Below are positions 1-10,076 of a stretch of 54,181 bases of DNA, one piece after another. Below the pieces are notes generated by a model. That model saw only the letters and a list, made by a program, of their open reading frames with translations. It was not told the DNA's origin and ran no database searches. This DNA is from Fibrobacteria bacterium (GTDB lineage Bacteria; Fibrobacterota; Fibrobacteria; UBA11236), in the NCBI GenBank assembly GCA_043732185.1, contig JAYTHY010000125.1, forward strand, positions 1-54,181. Direction: 5' to 3'. The translations under genes were made by a program, and so were the position numbers. How positions within the stretch are numbered: the stretch's first letter is position 1; each line of letters opens with the position of its first letter.

Positions 1-583
1 ACAACAAGTTCCATCAGTACGCTGTGTTTTCAAACCGTTAAGGGTAACCTACAAGTGACTAAATTGGCTAAAAATACCCACTCGATCGCCCGAAGAGCCA
101 AAATATATAACCTTTGGGTTTGTGCGCCACATTTTTGGCCAAGAGTCTTTGGTTGGGTGGAAATGATATCTAGCGTCGCTGAAGTTCGCCCTGTTGATGT
201 TTGAAATCTGATTTGAGAAAGATAATTCACATCCCCGAATCTACACAAAGATCGATCCACAATTCGTCAATAAATCCCAATAGATTTTGACCTGCTCGGA
301 CTGCAGTGTGATATGCGTGGCGTTTCCACCTTTTACGTCGCGCCACATTAGCTGGGGACCCAGTTCGCAGTTTAAGCGGTTGGCATATTTTTGCCTGATT
401 GGGGCAATGTCACCATTGCCTCCATTATGTCTCCTTTTCGATTGTCACTGCCCCTGCGACATGAGAAACGCCCTTGGCCGTGAGTGTTATTCATCCCGAA
501 AATCATTTTGTTGAAATCGCCGGAAATACCGTCTATAGGCTTTTGGTAAGCCGGCTGGTGATCTCTCAGATAGTTACTCCTAA

Positions 584-868
584 CTACGTGCAGGGGTCCA
601 AAAACTTTACCGAACTGCCCGCCCAAATGTTCGAGCCCTGATTGAGGATAGCGTCGTAGTAGGCCATTTGGCGGGACTTGATAATTATTTCCACCGGCAA
701 GTAGGCGATCAGCGGATGGGCTTCCGTGGTTTGCCGCCAGTGCAATAAATCACGTAGCAATACGGTTCGCGAGCTTCCCTTCGCCCAGCAATTCTGAGAT
801 GCGCGAAAGTTGCTCGGTCATGCGGTGGGAGAGCCGGAATGGCGGTTAGTTTCCGGATCAGTGTTCAT
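584..868 (-). pseudogene. Degraded Fic-family protein gene (frameshifts, in-frame stop, internal deletions)
   Basis: Manual minus-strand translation gives *PPFRLSHRMTEQLSRISELLGEGKLANRIAT* in one frame and VLLRDLLHWRQTTEAHPLIAYLPVEIIIKSRQMAYYDAILNQG in another. These resemble the N-terminal (PPF...ISELLG...NRI.T) and core (DLL.W..TT..HPLIA / AYLPVE..I..RQ..YY) segments of Fic proteins. The HPFxDGNGR motif is missing. Confidence 0.7.
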
Positions 869-1200
869 CGAAATATTAAAATGGTGGGTGCTATTTAATT
901 TGGTCTTTACGATGGTTATGGCTCAATGTTTCCTGCTTGCATCTTTTTATGGATAATTCTTTTTCAAATTGTTGGATTTCGGACCGGATCAATTTGATTG
1001 GATTATTATACTAGGATCTCGCGTGGTTTTTTCAATTGCCGGAATAATTACATCTATTGTGTCAAAATTTTTGCGGTTCCAAAAGAGTAAATCGACTTCA
1101 AGGCATGGAGCGCCAATTGATCCTAATCACAGAATTAGGAAATAGGTCAGGAAAAATCGGATTTTATTGGCGTATTACCAGAAAATCTTGAAATTATGGC

Positions 1201-2181
1201 TCACGGTGAATAGAAGAACTTGCCTAGCATGCGAGTTCCAAGCTGGACAAAATAAACTCCGGCAGGTGCTTCACTCCCAGAAGCTGATTTACCGTTCCAT
1301 TGATAGGCATACCCGGTAGGATGTACTGTGGCGATTTTATTGCCCATCATGCTAAAGATATTTAGGGGTTCTGACAACGCCGTCTTGTCCAAACCGGCTT
1401 GAATTAGAACAACATGTCCCATTTGAAGAGTTTGAAAGCCAAATTGAGATCTTGGCTTTGAGATTTTAAAATTGGAAACTGGCGAGGGTACTGAATCAAA
1501 TGTGATCTTAATTAATTGAACTGTCAGTAAAACATCCAAAGTCGGGCTCTTCACGTATTTCTTCCAGCCATTCAAAAGCACCCCTACAAGGGCAGCAGAA
1601 TCAGGATAGCTTAAAAGCTCCGGATATGCGCCATTTGCGGTAGAATCAATTTTAATTGCACCAGATGGTGACACAGTTTTATAAGTAAGCGCCAAGGTTG
1701 CATTACCATACCAAATGTACATTAGAGGTTCAGCGTGCTTTTTACCAACTGCATCGTATATCGTAACTGTATCTCCTTTCACATTCGCAATTCCAAACCA
1801 ATATTCATCCCATCCCGGATTTTTGAAGGGAAATTGGCCGTCGTTGATTTTAAGAAAAAAGTCTAATTGGCTTGGTAAAAAATTTTTCTGTCCTTTTTTA
1901 CTGATGGCATAATTCACTTTGCGGTTGACGTAGGCACTACATGTTCCCTTAGCCTCAAAATCCGTCATCAGCATATACTCAGTGGAGGGGCTTAGAACAT
2001 TGAGGTTGCTCATGGATTTGTCCACTTTGACCGCTTCACCCTTGCGAGCCATCGTTGTCGCCGATTCACCTTCAAGAATGAATTGCGTAGCCGTTTGCAA
2101 ATGATAGTTCTGTTCACAAACCGAAGCGGCTGTAGCAGTTACGAGAACTAAACCCAAAATCATGGTCAATATTGCTTTCAT
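1201..2181 (-). CDS. Secreted hypothetical protein with C-terminal FlgD-Ig/T9SS-like sorting domain
   Basis: ORF 1201..2226. Probable start MKAILTMILGLVLVTATAA (signal peptide) at 2181 after GAGG. C-terminus LNIFSMMGNKIATV..YQWNGKSASGSEAPAGVYFVQL. Confidence 0.75.
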   Translation of the reverse strand: MKAILTMILGLVLVTATAASVCEQNYHLQTATQFILEGESATTMARKGEAVKVDKSMSNLNVLSPSTEYMLMTDFEAKGTCSAYVNRKVNYAISKKGQKNFLPSQLDFFLKINDGQFPFKNPGWDEYWFGIANVKGDTVTIYDAVGKKHAEPLMYIWYGNATLALTYKTVSPSGAIKIDSTANGAYPELLSYPDSAALVGVLLNGWKKYVKSPTLDVLLTVQLIKITFDSVPSPVSNFKISKPRSQFGFQTLQMGHVVLIQAGLDKTALSEPLNIFSMMGNKIATVHPTGYAYQWNGKSASGSEAPAGVYFVQLGTRMLGKFFYSP

Positions 2182-2321
2182 TTTTGCCTCTGGGAACGGG
2201 TTTGCGGAAACCATGCCCAAACCCAATCTAGGCCAAAACTAGGGAAAAGCAAGGGCATTTCCTTTAATTTCTAGCTTTTTGGCATGGAAATCCTCACTTC
2301 TTGGCAACTAAGGCCTGACTT

Positions 2322-3566
2322 TTGAGTGTCACTGTCAAAAAACCCTGCCGGGTGCTCTATATCTCTTCAACCTATAGCCGGGATGAAGTGGACAACCAGA
2401 ATCCTTGGATGATGGACACGATTCGCCATCTGAAGGAAAAGGAATATCACATTGAAGTGTTGGCGCCCTCCTACCGGGGCCTCAAGACGCATCATGTGAG
2501 CGGCATCCTTGTACACCGCTTTCGATATTTTTTCTCGAAATGGGAAACCTTGACGCACGATCAGGGCGCCCCCAATAAAATTCGTGGAAACCTTTTCTAC
2601 AAAATGCTGGTTTTTCCTTACATCTTTTTTGGCATGTTGGCGGCGATGCGCATTGCCCGTAACGGTCGTTACGATTTCATCCATTGCCACTGGCCGTTTC
2701 CACAGGGGCTGATGGGCTGGGCCGGATGCCTGGCTGCAAAGGGGTCACCTCGGCCGAAACTGATCCTGCATTTTTATGGCGCCGATTTGCTTTTGGCGGC
2801 CAAGTTCAAACCCATCGCACCCATTCTGCGCTTTTGCCTGCGCCGCGCCCATGGGACCATTTCCATTACCCACTTCACAGCTGGCCTCGTAACCGCCATT
2901 CTACCGGTCAAGCAAAGCATCATCGCCTTTGGTTCGCCATTGACCGGGCTGCCCATGCCACCGGCGCACAATCAGGAAAAAATAATTTTAACGGTCGGTA
3001 GAGTCGTGGAACGAAAAGGCATTATCTACCTCATTCGCGCCCTACCAAAAATACTGGTCTCATTGCCCGCCAAAATCGTCATAGTCGGAAAAGGAGATCC
3101 AAAAGTGGAAGCGGAATTGCATGCAGCCGCCCGGGATTTGGGAATTGCGGATAAAGTGGTGTTTGCAGGTAAGATATCGGAAGGGGAATTGATCGATTGG
3201 TATCGACGCTGCGATGTCTTCTGCCTTCCCTCTATCGTGGATTCGCAAGGCGAAACAGAAGGTTTGGGCGTGGTCCTATTGGAAGCCCTCAACTATGCCC
3301 GCCCGGTAGTGGCTTCCGATGTCGGCGGCATTCCCGATATCGTCAAAGAAGGCCTATCAGGACTGTTATGTCCACCCGCCAATGCCGATACCCTGGCTGC
3401 AACGCTTCTGCGTGTTCTTGAAAATCCAGAACTGGGTGAAAGGCTTGGAAAACAGGGTCATGATTTTGTGGGCAAGGAATTCTGTTGGGAAACCATCGTA
3501 GCCCAGTACGAGCGTTTTTATGCCGATGCTTCGCTAGCCCTGGTTCCTATTGAGAGTAACACGTAG
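2322..3566 (+). CDS. Glycosyltransferase family 4 (GT-B)
   Basis: FIHCHW, LTVGRVVERKG and EGLGVVLLEALNYARPVVASDVGGIPDIV motifs. Confidence 0.93.
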   Translation: MSVTVKKPCRVLYISSTYSRDEVDNQNPWMMDTIRHLKEKEYHIEVLAPSYRGLKTHHVSGILVHRFRYFFSKWETLTHDQGAPNKIRGNLFYKMLVFPYIFFGMLAAMRIARNGRYDFIHCHWPFPQGLMGWAGCLAAKGSPRPKLILHFYGADLLLAAKFKPIAPILRFCLRRAHGTISITHFTAGLVTAILPVKQSIIAFGSPLTGLPMPPAHNQEKIILTVGRVVERKGIIYLIRALPKILVSLPAKIVIVGKGDPKVEAELHAAARDLGIADKVVFAGKISEGELIDWYRRCDVFCLPSIVDSQGETEGLGVVLLEALNYARPVVASDVGGIPDIVKEGLSGLLCPPANADTLAATLLRVLENPELGERLGKQGHDFVGKEFCWETIVAQYERFYADASLALVPIESNT

Positions 3567-3640
3567 GATACCGCACTTAAATCCCGCTTATTCACCGACT
3601 ACATTATGGCCTCCGTCATGACCTCCATTGTCGTAGACTT

Positions 3641-4207
3641 TTACTTTAGCGGATGCAGTCCATTAGCCTCACGAATGTCACGGGCACGCACCCACAAGGC
3701 TTTGTCCGATTTTAAAAATCTAGCCAGAGCCGAGCCCGTACACCCTACAGCCTGAGCGGCCACCGATGTTTGGCCTCGATATTTATTCAGAAAATAGACG
3801 GCCCGCAATGCGAACAGCGGGAAATCCACATGATTGGGGCTGGCATTGGCCCGGAATTTTGGCGATTGGAAAACAGGTGTAGCCTCGATGTCTTGTTCCA
3901 AGCTTTCCTTCGAATCACCAGGAACCGTTGTCACACCACTTATTTGCAGGGCCAAAGCGACCCGAAGCCTGTGCAAAGCATCTTCCAGATTACCCCTCGA
4001 TTCACGGCGCGCGTCCGCCTCGATGGCCAAACCGGATTCCGGATGGAGAAGCCGAACACCGCTATAGACGCGATTGCGCTTCTGTCCACCGGGCCCGGAG
4101 CCTTGATACCTAGCTTGCTTGCAGGCCCGTAATAAATCTTCCGGAGTCATCGCCAGCCACCGACAAATCGAGAGCGTCTCGACAGGAATAGCTGATTTGG
4201 TTTTCAA
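3641..4207 (-). CDS. Peptide chain release factor-like (RF-1 domain, GGQ) protein
   Basis: GSGPGGQKRNRVYSGVRLLHPESG...RESRGNLEDALHRL is an RF-1/ArfB-like GGQ domain. The C-terminus has an HTH-like segment (AAQAVGCTGSALARFL). Confidence 0.85.
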   Translation of the reverse strand: MKTKSAIPVETLSICRWLAMTPEDLLRACKQARYQGSGPGGQKRNRVYSGVRLLHPESGLAIEADARRESRGNLEDALHRLRVALALQISGVTTVPGDSKESLEQDIEATPVFQSPKFRANASPNHVDFPLFALRAVYFLNKYRGQTSVAAQAVGCTGSALARFLKSDKALWVRARDIREANGLHPLK

Positions 4208-4211
4208 GTTT

Positions 4212-5702
4212 TTATTTCTGCTTCATCAGGCTTCGAAAAGATATCAAAGAAAGGCTTCCCGTCAAAAATGGAAGCAGGTAAAATGCCGCCAAGGCTCCAA
4301 GACGCATGGTCCAGGAAAAAGCCCCGGGCCATTTTTGCACCGCCATACCCAAACTCCAACCCAGAGCCATCCATATCAAAATAGGTGCCATCTTTGGCCA
4401 TGAAACAGAAATGGGGAAAAGCCGCTGACTTTTCCGCATCACCATTACGGCAATCACGATATAACAGAGAATGGCGGACAGCGTCGCCCCCCACAATCCA
4501 AAACGCGGGATCAGCAAAAGATTGCCCCCCACCGTGACCGCGGCCCCCAGGCCATTGCTCCAGATAAGGTATCGAGTTTGTTTGGCGATATAGATTCCCA
4601 AGGTAAAATGAATAAACCAGGCTTGAAAAGCATAGGCCAGCAAAACGCCGGGAACGATTTCCAGCCCTACCCAATACGCCCTATCTATCAGCGGCCGTCC
4701 CAGAATAGGAAGGGCCACCAGCTTGTCCAGAAACACCATCAAGGTTACCGAGGCATATCCAATGAACAGGCACAGATACCGCAGGATGTTTCCAAAAAGC
4801 TCCGGCGCATCCGGGTCCTTATGCCGTTGCAAAAAGAATGGCTGCCATGCCATCCGGTACATCTGCACCAGTAGCAAACCAAAAACACCCAGTTTCCAAG
4901 CCGCCGAAAAGATGCCCGTCAATTGCAACACATCGTACCCGCGGCCAGGGTAAAGCCGTTCTATATCCTCAGGCTTTAGAAATCCCAAGCACAGTCGGCC
5001 AGCCATTTCATTTACGATGCCATAGAGGCCTGCCGGTACCAACGGCAAACCGAATTTGATCAATTGTTTGAAAGCGGCAGTTTCAAAAGTCATCCGTACA
5101 TTGGCCCAAAGTATCGGCAAGATGAGAATAAATGTTCCGGCGCTTGCGACTAGGTTCGCCCAAAATACACCTTCAAGTCCTTTGTGTTGGTGCAGAACAA
5201 AAAACCAGTTGGCGGCGATATTGAGAACCACATTGCCTAGTCTAAGTAGCGCAAACCGCAAGGCGGCATGTTCAAGGCGCAGATGGGCGAAAGGAACTAC
5301 CGTCAAGGTATCGAGAATGAGGATGCCAGCCGCAAAGGCCAGCAGGATGCGGTTTTGATCGGGAATGAGAAAAATTCTTCCCAAGGGTCCGGACAGCGAC
5401 AACAACGCTCCGGAAAAAATCACCGTGCCTAAAGTCTGACTGAAAAAAGCCGTGGCGAAAAGTTTTTTCCGTCCTGGCCCATCGACATCGGCGGCCAGGC
5501 GCAGGTAGGCGGAATCAAATCCGAACTGGTACACGATGTTCAAAAAAGCGACCAGCGCGAATACGATATTGCTGACCCCAAACTCCGCCGTACTGAGCAC
5601 ATGCGTGTAAAAGGGGACCAGCAGAAAATTCAGAAAACGACTGACGATGGAGGATACCCCGTAGACTAGGGATTCCTTTGCCAAAGCCCGAATACGGCTC
5701 AC
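4212..5702 (-). CDS. Oligosaccharide flippase (Wzx/MATE-like polysaccharide exporter)
   Basis: LAKESLVYGVSSIVSRFLNFLLVPFYTHVLSTAEFG start, many transmembrane helices, LLIPRFGLWGA motif. Confidence 0.9.
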   Translation of the reverse strand: MSRIRALAKESLVYGVSSIVSRFLNFLLVPFYTHVLSTAEFGVSNIVFALVAFLNIVYQFGFDSAYLRLAADVDGPGRKKLFATAFFSQTLGTVIFSGALLSLSGPLGRIFLIPDQNRILLAFAAGILILDTLTVVPFAHLRLEHAALRFALLRLGNVVLNIAANWFFVLHQHKGLEGVFWANLVASAGTFILILPILWANVRMTFETAAFKQLIKFGLPLVPAGLYGIVNEMAGRLCLGFLKPEDIERLYPGRGYDVLQLTGIFSAAWKLGVFGLLLVQMYRMAWQPFFLQRHKDPDAPELFGNILRYLCLFIGYASVTLMVFLDKLVALPILGRPLIDRAYWVGLEIVPGVLLAYAFQAWFIHFTLGIYIAKQTRYLIWSNGLGAAVTVGGNLLLIPRFGLWGATLSAILCYIVIAVMVMRKSQRLFPISVSWPKMAPILIWMALGWSLGMAVQKWPGAFSWTMRLGALAAFYLLPFLTGSLSLISFRSLMKQK

Positions 5703-5739
5703 GCTATTTTACCAAACAGGGATAGGGCATCGAAGGCGT

Positions 5740-6471
5740 TCAGCGCCCTTCGGAAAGTCGGTTGATCAGGAACTCGGCGAACCCGCTTTTGCGCATGGCG
5801 TCCTGCGTCTTGCTGATATCGTACGCTACACGAATTATTTCCACTGACATTTTTTCGGTATCACAAAAGCACCAACTGGCGAGTGGGTTTCTATCCCGTG
5901 GCTGTCCCACACTGCCATCGTTGACTAGAATGCGCTGATCGGGTCCCAAAGTGTAGGCCAAGGTCTCGGACACTTTGAAGGACTGCTCGCCTTCCGTCAA
6001 AACAATGATGGGCCAATGTGTGTGACCAATGAAACAGATCTTTTCGGTAAAAAAGGAAAAGGCGTCTACGGCATCATCCAAACTGGAGACATAACGCCAA
6101 TCGGCCGGGGACCAAGGGCTGGCATGCACAAACAGAAGCGGCGGTTCCGATACCATATACGGGAGCTTGGAGAAGAATTCGATGGAAGCAGGAGTCAGTA
6201 CCTTGCTGGTCCATTCAATAGCTTTCTGCGCGTTGTAGTTGTTCCATCCTTCGGCGGATTCTCGGCCTATCGCAACACTATCATGATTTCCAAGAATAGT
6301 TATGTCGCTATTTTCAGCAACCAGCTCCACGCATTCATTGGGAAAGGGGCCGTACCCGACGATATCCCCGAGGCAAACCCTTTTTTCCACTCCAAGGCGC
6401 TTCATCGATTCCAGCACCTTTTGGAGGGCCTCTAAGTTGCCATGGATATCCGAATAAATGCCGTACTTCAT
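5740..6471 (-). CDS. Metallophosphoesterase (calcineurin-like)
   Basis: SDIHGN, LGDIVGYG, GNHD, GHTH and NDGSVGQPRD motifs. Confidence 0.93.
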   Translation of the reverse strand: MKYGIYSDIHGNLEALQKVLESMKRLGVEKRVCLGDIVGYGPFPNECVELVAENSDITILGNHDSVAIGRESAEGWNNYNAQKAIEWTSKVLTPASIEFFSKLPYMVSEPPLLFVHASPWSPADWRYVSSLDDAVDAFSFFTEKICFIGHTHWPIIVLTEGEQSFKVSETLAYTLGPDQRILVNDGSVGQPRDRNPLASWCFCDTEKMSVEIIRVAYDISKTQDAMRKSGFAEFLINRLSEGR

Positions 6472-6571
6472 AGAGTCCTATTATAACCAAATTTAGGAAA
6501 GCGGACCATTCCAGCCCCATTTAGGTGGCAGTCAAAAGTAACATTCTCAAGTGGAAAGAGGAAATTTTGAA

Positions 6572-9169
6572 TCAAGGAAGGGTGGGAGCGCCTGTATTCT
6601 TACTGGCAAAACCGGAAGCCCGGCCGGTCAGATCGCCCAGAATTGGAGCCTGTACATCTTTTGCACACCGGAATCCAACTTTGAAGTTTCGGAATCCCGG
6701 ACGATTGTTGTAGCGGGCGGACAATTCCAAGTTAGTGGCTTCGCTATACCAGCTGGCACCACGAATCACCTTGGTCGTCCCTGTGGCAGGTCCTTTGGGA
6801 TGGTCAACGTCTTGCCGTACATAATCCGCATACCAGTCCTGAACCCATTCGAAAACGTTACCGGACATGTCGTGAAGGCCCCAGGCATTCGGTTTTTTCA
6901 ATCCCACTTTTTGGCTATGGTTGTCAGAGTTGTCCCGGTACCAGGCATACTCTCCAGCATTTTTTCGTCCCGAATAATATGCCCCGGAATCTCCAGCTCG
7001 TGCTGCATATTCCCATTCCGCTTCAGTGGGCAATCGTCCGCCCGTTTCCTGGCAGTAACCGGCCGCTTCCTCCCAAGTCACCCTGTCCACGGGCAGGGAA
7101 TCACTGAACCGATACGATGGATTCTTTCCCACTACCTTTTGATACTGACTCTGAGTGACTTCGGTTTTATCCAATAAAAAAGGTCCGACTTGGACTAGGC
7201 TGCCATCCTCACGATGGTACGCTCCCTTGGGAACCAATACCAGGGGGAAACCGGCTGGCTGTTGTTCAGATTTCGAATGGACTACAGGTAGGCGTGCTGT
7301 CAGGAAAAAAGTACGCACCGCACTTTCCGATCGATCGATTCCGTCTGAAGCAATGATCTTCCAGTAATAGCGTTGTCCCAGCGCCAACCCCGCCAACTCC
7401 AAAGCCGTGTCCGCAATTCCGGAGGATTGTACGGCGATGGGTGGATAATGCGTATCAACGAGCACCGTGTACAGAACCTTGGCGCCCAAATCGGGATCAC
7501 CACCTTTCCAGGTGAGCAGGATAGCAGAGTCTGGAACCACGGATTGGGAATCCGGGAAAAGAGGCACCGGGACGAAAGGGGGATGGTTCAGTGATGGGGA
7601 CTGGAAGGCAAGGCCTTCGGGAGGAAAAGCCGGGCCGACGCCCATGGCATTCACGCCCATGGCTCGAAACCGATAGGAGCTATTTGGCTTGAGGCTAGCG
7701 AGTTTGATTTTTGGGTTCACGACTTGATCCAAAACGGTGATCCAAGGACCGGCATCCAGTTTTTGCTGGAGGATGTAGGAGTCTGATTTGGGAAAAGTTT
7801 GACATAAGAAGGATAGCTTGCTGCTGTCCGTTTCTTTAAAGGCCAAAGTGCCTTCGCGCGGTGGGGAAAGCATCATCTGTTCCCGATTGAAAAGCAGAAC
7901 GCTCCGCATGGTTGCAGGACCAATGAAATTGGTGCGCATGTCCATATAAATATTCGCTCCCAAACTCACCAGCTTATTTCCTACTCCGATAAGTCCTGGA
8001 GCGCCACCTGGCAGGCTTACACTGGTGGATTCAGCCTGGAAAGGACTGTTTTTTTCCGGCAAGGAACTGAAGCGGGCAAAAGGTTCGAAAATAAAGGCGG
8101 GTCCTTGGACACCATCGAATAGCACCTCGATGCGGGGTTTCAATGAAAGTTTCATCTCACCTGCACCCTTAAATTCACGTACCGATTTGTCCACCAGAGT
8201 CATGCTGTTTTCCGCCAGGGGTCGCCACTGACCCGCATTCAAGCCCAATTCTCCTTTGAACACATTTTTGATCCGAAAACTGCCCTCTGCAGAAAAACCC
8301 TGCTCGGGAGACAACGCATCCATCTTCAAAAAAGGACGGTTCTGCACTTTGAGGAACAGACCCGAACCCAAGGGTACGAGGGTCGGGCGCTGTCCGGGCA
8401 GTTCCTCTTCGTAATTGAAATTGCCATTGCCGTTAATGGTTCCAGCCATATTTGCCGCTACTTCGCAATTCCCCATAACCTGGAATTGAAACAGTTCCAC
8501 GCGTCCATTTCGGATCCGTATCCTGCCGGTTACTACAGGTTGAAACAGGATTTGCGCGCCTGTAAGGGCGAGTTCCATACGACCGTATATCGGCGCACCT
8601 TCTCCATTATCGCCCAGCACATCCTGATCCTGAGTTATGGCTGGAATGATTTGGGTCATGTCCAGCCGGGTTTTGAAAGCCAGATCGCAATCCAAAACCG
8701 CTTCGGGAAGATCGGCGGCTACAGTATTGAGAACCCAGCGTCGTCCAATCAATCCCGATTCGGATTGTCCATCTACTGCAATCACCCGTCGCAGCAAGCC
8801 GCCAAAAGCCGTGTCTGCAATAACTGCCCCCACTTGTGGAACCAGGCTGTCCGGCAGGTCGACAAACAGCGTGCCTGGTGTAGGCAGGTAATTGAGCGTG
8901 GCGCCATTTCCAGGCAGAGTCAAGTCCAAGTACATTGGAGCAAAACGCATCGGAGTCGAATCCATTTCTTCAATAAATACGGCATTTTCGATGGAGTAGC
9001 CTTCAATTTGAAGCTTGGACAAATCTGGAGCAAGAATGGAATCGTCAAAAGTCAGGACCAATTCGCGACTGCCCACGGAGGCTTTTTCCACCGTGATGCT
9101 ACTGAGCGCAAAGGCACCGGAGGCCAGTGTCAGCAATACGTAGGAGAGGAGTCGAATAGGCTTTGTCAT
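6572..9169 (-). CDS. Secreted multidomain protein with FN3 domains and C-terminal FGE-sulfatase (SUMF1) domain
   Basis: Signal peptide. FN3-like LKPNSSYRFRAMGVN and GQRYYWKIIASDG. RLPTEAEWEYAARAG, NAWGLHDMSGNVFEWVQDW and GFRCA motifs. Confidence 0.88.
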   Translation of the reverse strand: MTKPIRLLSYVLLTLASGAFALSSITVEKASVGSRELVLTFDDSILAPDLSKLQIEGYSIENAVFIEEMDSTPMRFAPMYLDLTLPGNGATLNYLPTPGTLFVDLPDSLVPQVGAVIADTAFGGLLRRVIAVDGQSESGLIGRRWVLNTVAADLPEAVLDCDLAFKTRLDMTQIIPAITQDQDVLGDNGEGAPIYGRMELALTGAQILFQPVVTGRIRIRNGRVELFQFQVMGNCEVAANMAGTINGNGNFNYEEELPGQRPTLVPLGSGLFLKVQNRPFLKMDALSPEQGFSAEGSFRIKNVFKGELGLNAGQWRPLAENSMTLVDKSVREFKGAGEMKLSLKPRIEVLFDGVQGPAFIFEPFARFSSLPEKNSPFQAESTSVSLPGGAPGLIGVGNKLVSLGANIYMDMRTNFIGPATMRSVLLFNREQMMLSPPREGTLAFKETDSSKLSFLCQTFPKSDSYILQQKLDAGPWITVLDQVVNPKIKLASLKPNSSYRFRAMGVNAMGVGPAFPPEGLAFQSPSLNHPPFVPVPLFPDSQSVVPDSAILLTWKGGDPDLGAKVLYTVLVDTHYPPIAVQSSGIADTALELAGLALGQRYYWKIIASDGIDRSESAVRTFFLTARLPVVHSKSEQQPAGFPLVLVPKGAYHREDGSLVQVGPFLLDKTEVTQSQYQKVVGKNPSYRFSDSLPVDRVTWEEAAGYCQETGGRLPTEAEWEYAARAGDSGAYYSGRKNAGEYAWYRDNSDNHSQKVGLKKPNAWGLHDMSGNVFEWVQDWYADYVRQDVDHPKGPATGTTKVIRGASWYSEATNLELSARYNNRPGFRNFKVGFRCAKDVQAPILGDLTGRASGFASKNTGAPTLP

Positions 9170-9663
9170 TACTGAACCTTATTCATCACCTTTTTAAGGA
9201 CCATCTTGCCATTGAGGCGCAAGGTCACGAATTTCATGCCGCTGTTGTCTCCATCCTTGATAGGGAATGGCCCTAGGATAATGGTCCCGCTTTCAAGGTC
9301 ACCGGAGAACAAAGTTGTGAGACTTTTACCGTAGAAGTCAATCATCGCCACTTCAGCGAATCCTGCCTTAGGCAAGGTCAATTGAACCTGCACATCCTGG
9401 GTGCCGATCCTTTTCACCGCCATATTCAGTTTGAGAGCCGCAATTTGTATTTTAGGAGCATCTGCCTTAGCTTGTGCGCCAAGTTCCACTTTAGTTTCCA
9501 GATCACGGGTTTCGCCTCGGCCGTTGCTCAGTTCCGAAACACGAATCTTGACCGTTTCTGCGCGAAGCGGTTCCCGCAATTTGATGACCAGCTTTTGCTT
9601 GCCTGCCCATCCCAAGGAAACCAGGAAAACCGTGATCGAAAACCAATGCGTTGCGCGTTTCAT
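9169..9663 (-). CDS. Secreted hypothetical protein consisting largely of a FlgD-Ig/T9SS-like domain
   Basis: Signal peptide. VAMIDFYGKSLTTLFSGDLESG...FVTLRLNG. Its stop overlaps the next start (TAATG coupling at 9169). Confidence 0.7.
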   Translation of the reverse strand: MKRATHWFSITVFLVSLGWAGKQKLVIKLREPLRAETVKIRVSELSNGRGETRDLETKVELGAQAKADAPKIQIAALKLNMAVKRIGTQDVQVQLTLPKAGFAEVAMIDFYGKSLTTLFSGDLESGTIILGPFPIKDGDNSGMKFVTLRLNGKMVLKKVMNKVQ

Positions 9664-10076
9664 AAAACGTTTAAACTTCCTGAGTTAAAACAGTTCAAGA
9701 ACATTTATTGTAAAGAAATCCGGCACAGTCCTAAAGTTATCCAATAGAGTTTCATTTCAACCCATTCGACCTCGCATATTATACCTCCAAAATAAGGCGC
9801 TCGCCTCGTAAAACCACCCATAGTTACTAAAAGTAACCGTTATTTTTCGCGAATTACGGGGTCACGACTGCGCCGGCACACTCGAATAGCCAAAGGTTGT
9901 CCTGCAGAGTCTACCGGAACTTTAATTCCCGAAATAAATTCGGGACAGAATACGTAACCCAGGTGTATACTCGCATCGATCATTACCTCTGCAAAAAGGT
10001 CATGTTGAATGAATAAAAACGTATTTTCTTTCCACAACGGTATGCTTTTCCACTTTGAAATTCGTCTGAAGAAACA

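Noticed and set aside
1..583. Short ORFs 30..260, 287..514 and 372..626, possibly another decayed gene
   Set aside because: No recognisable family motif in any frame. It may be pseudogenic, but I cannot support a call without BLASTX.
9823..9837. Inverted repeat GTTACT-AAA-AGTAAC in the divergent intergenic region
   Set aside because: Only 6-bp arms, seen once, with no cognate regulator evident. Compatible with chance.
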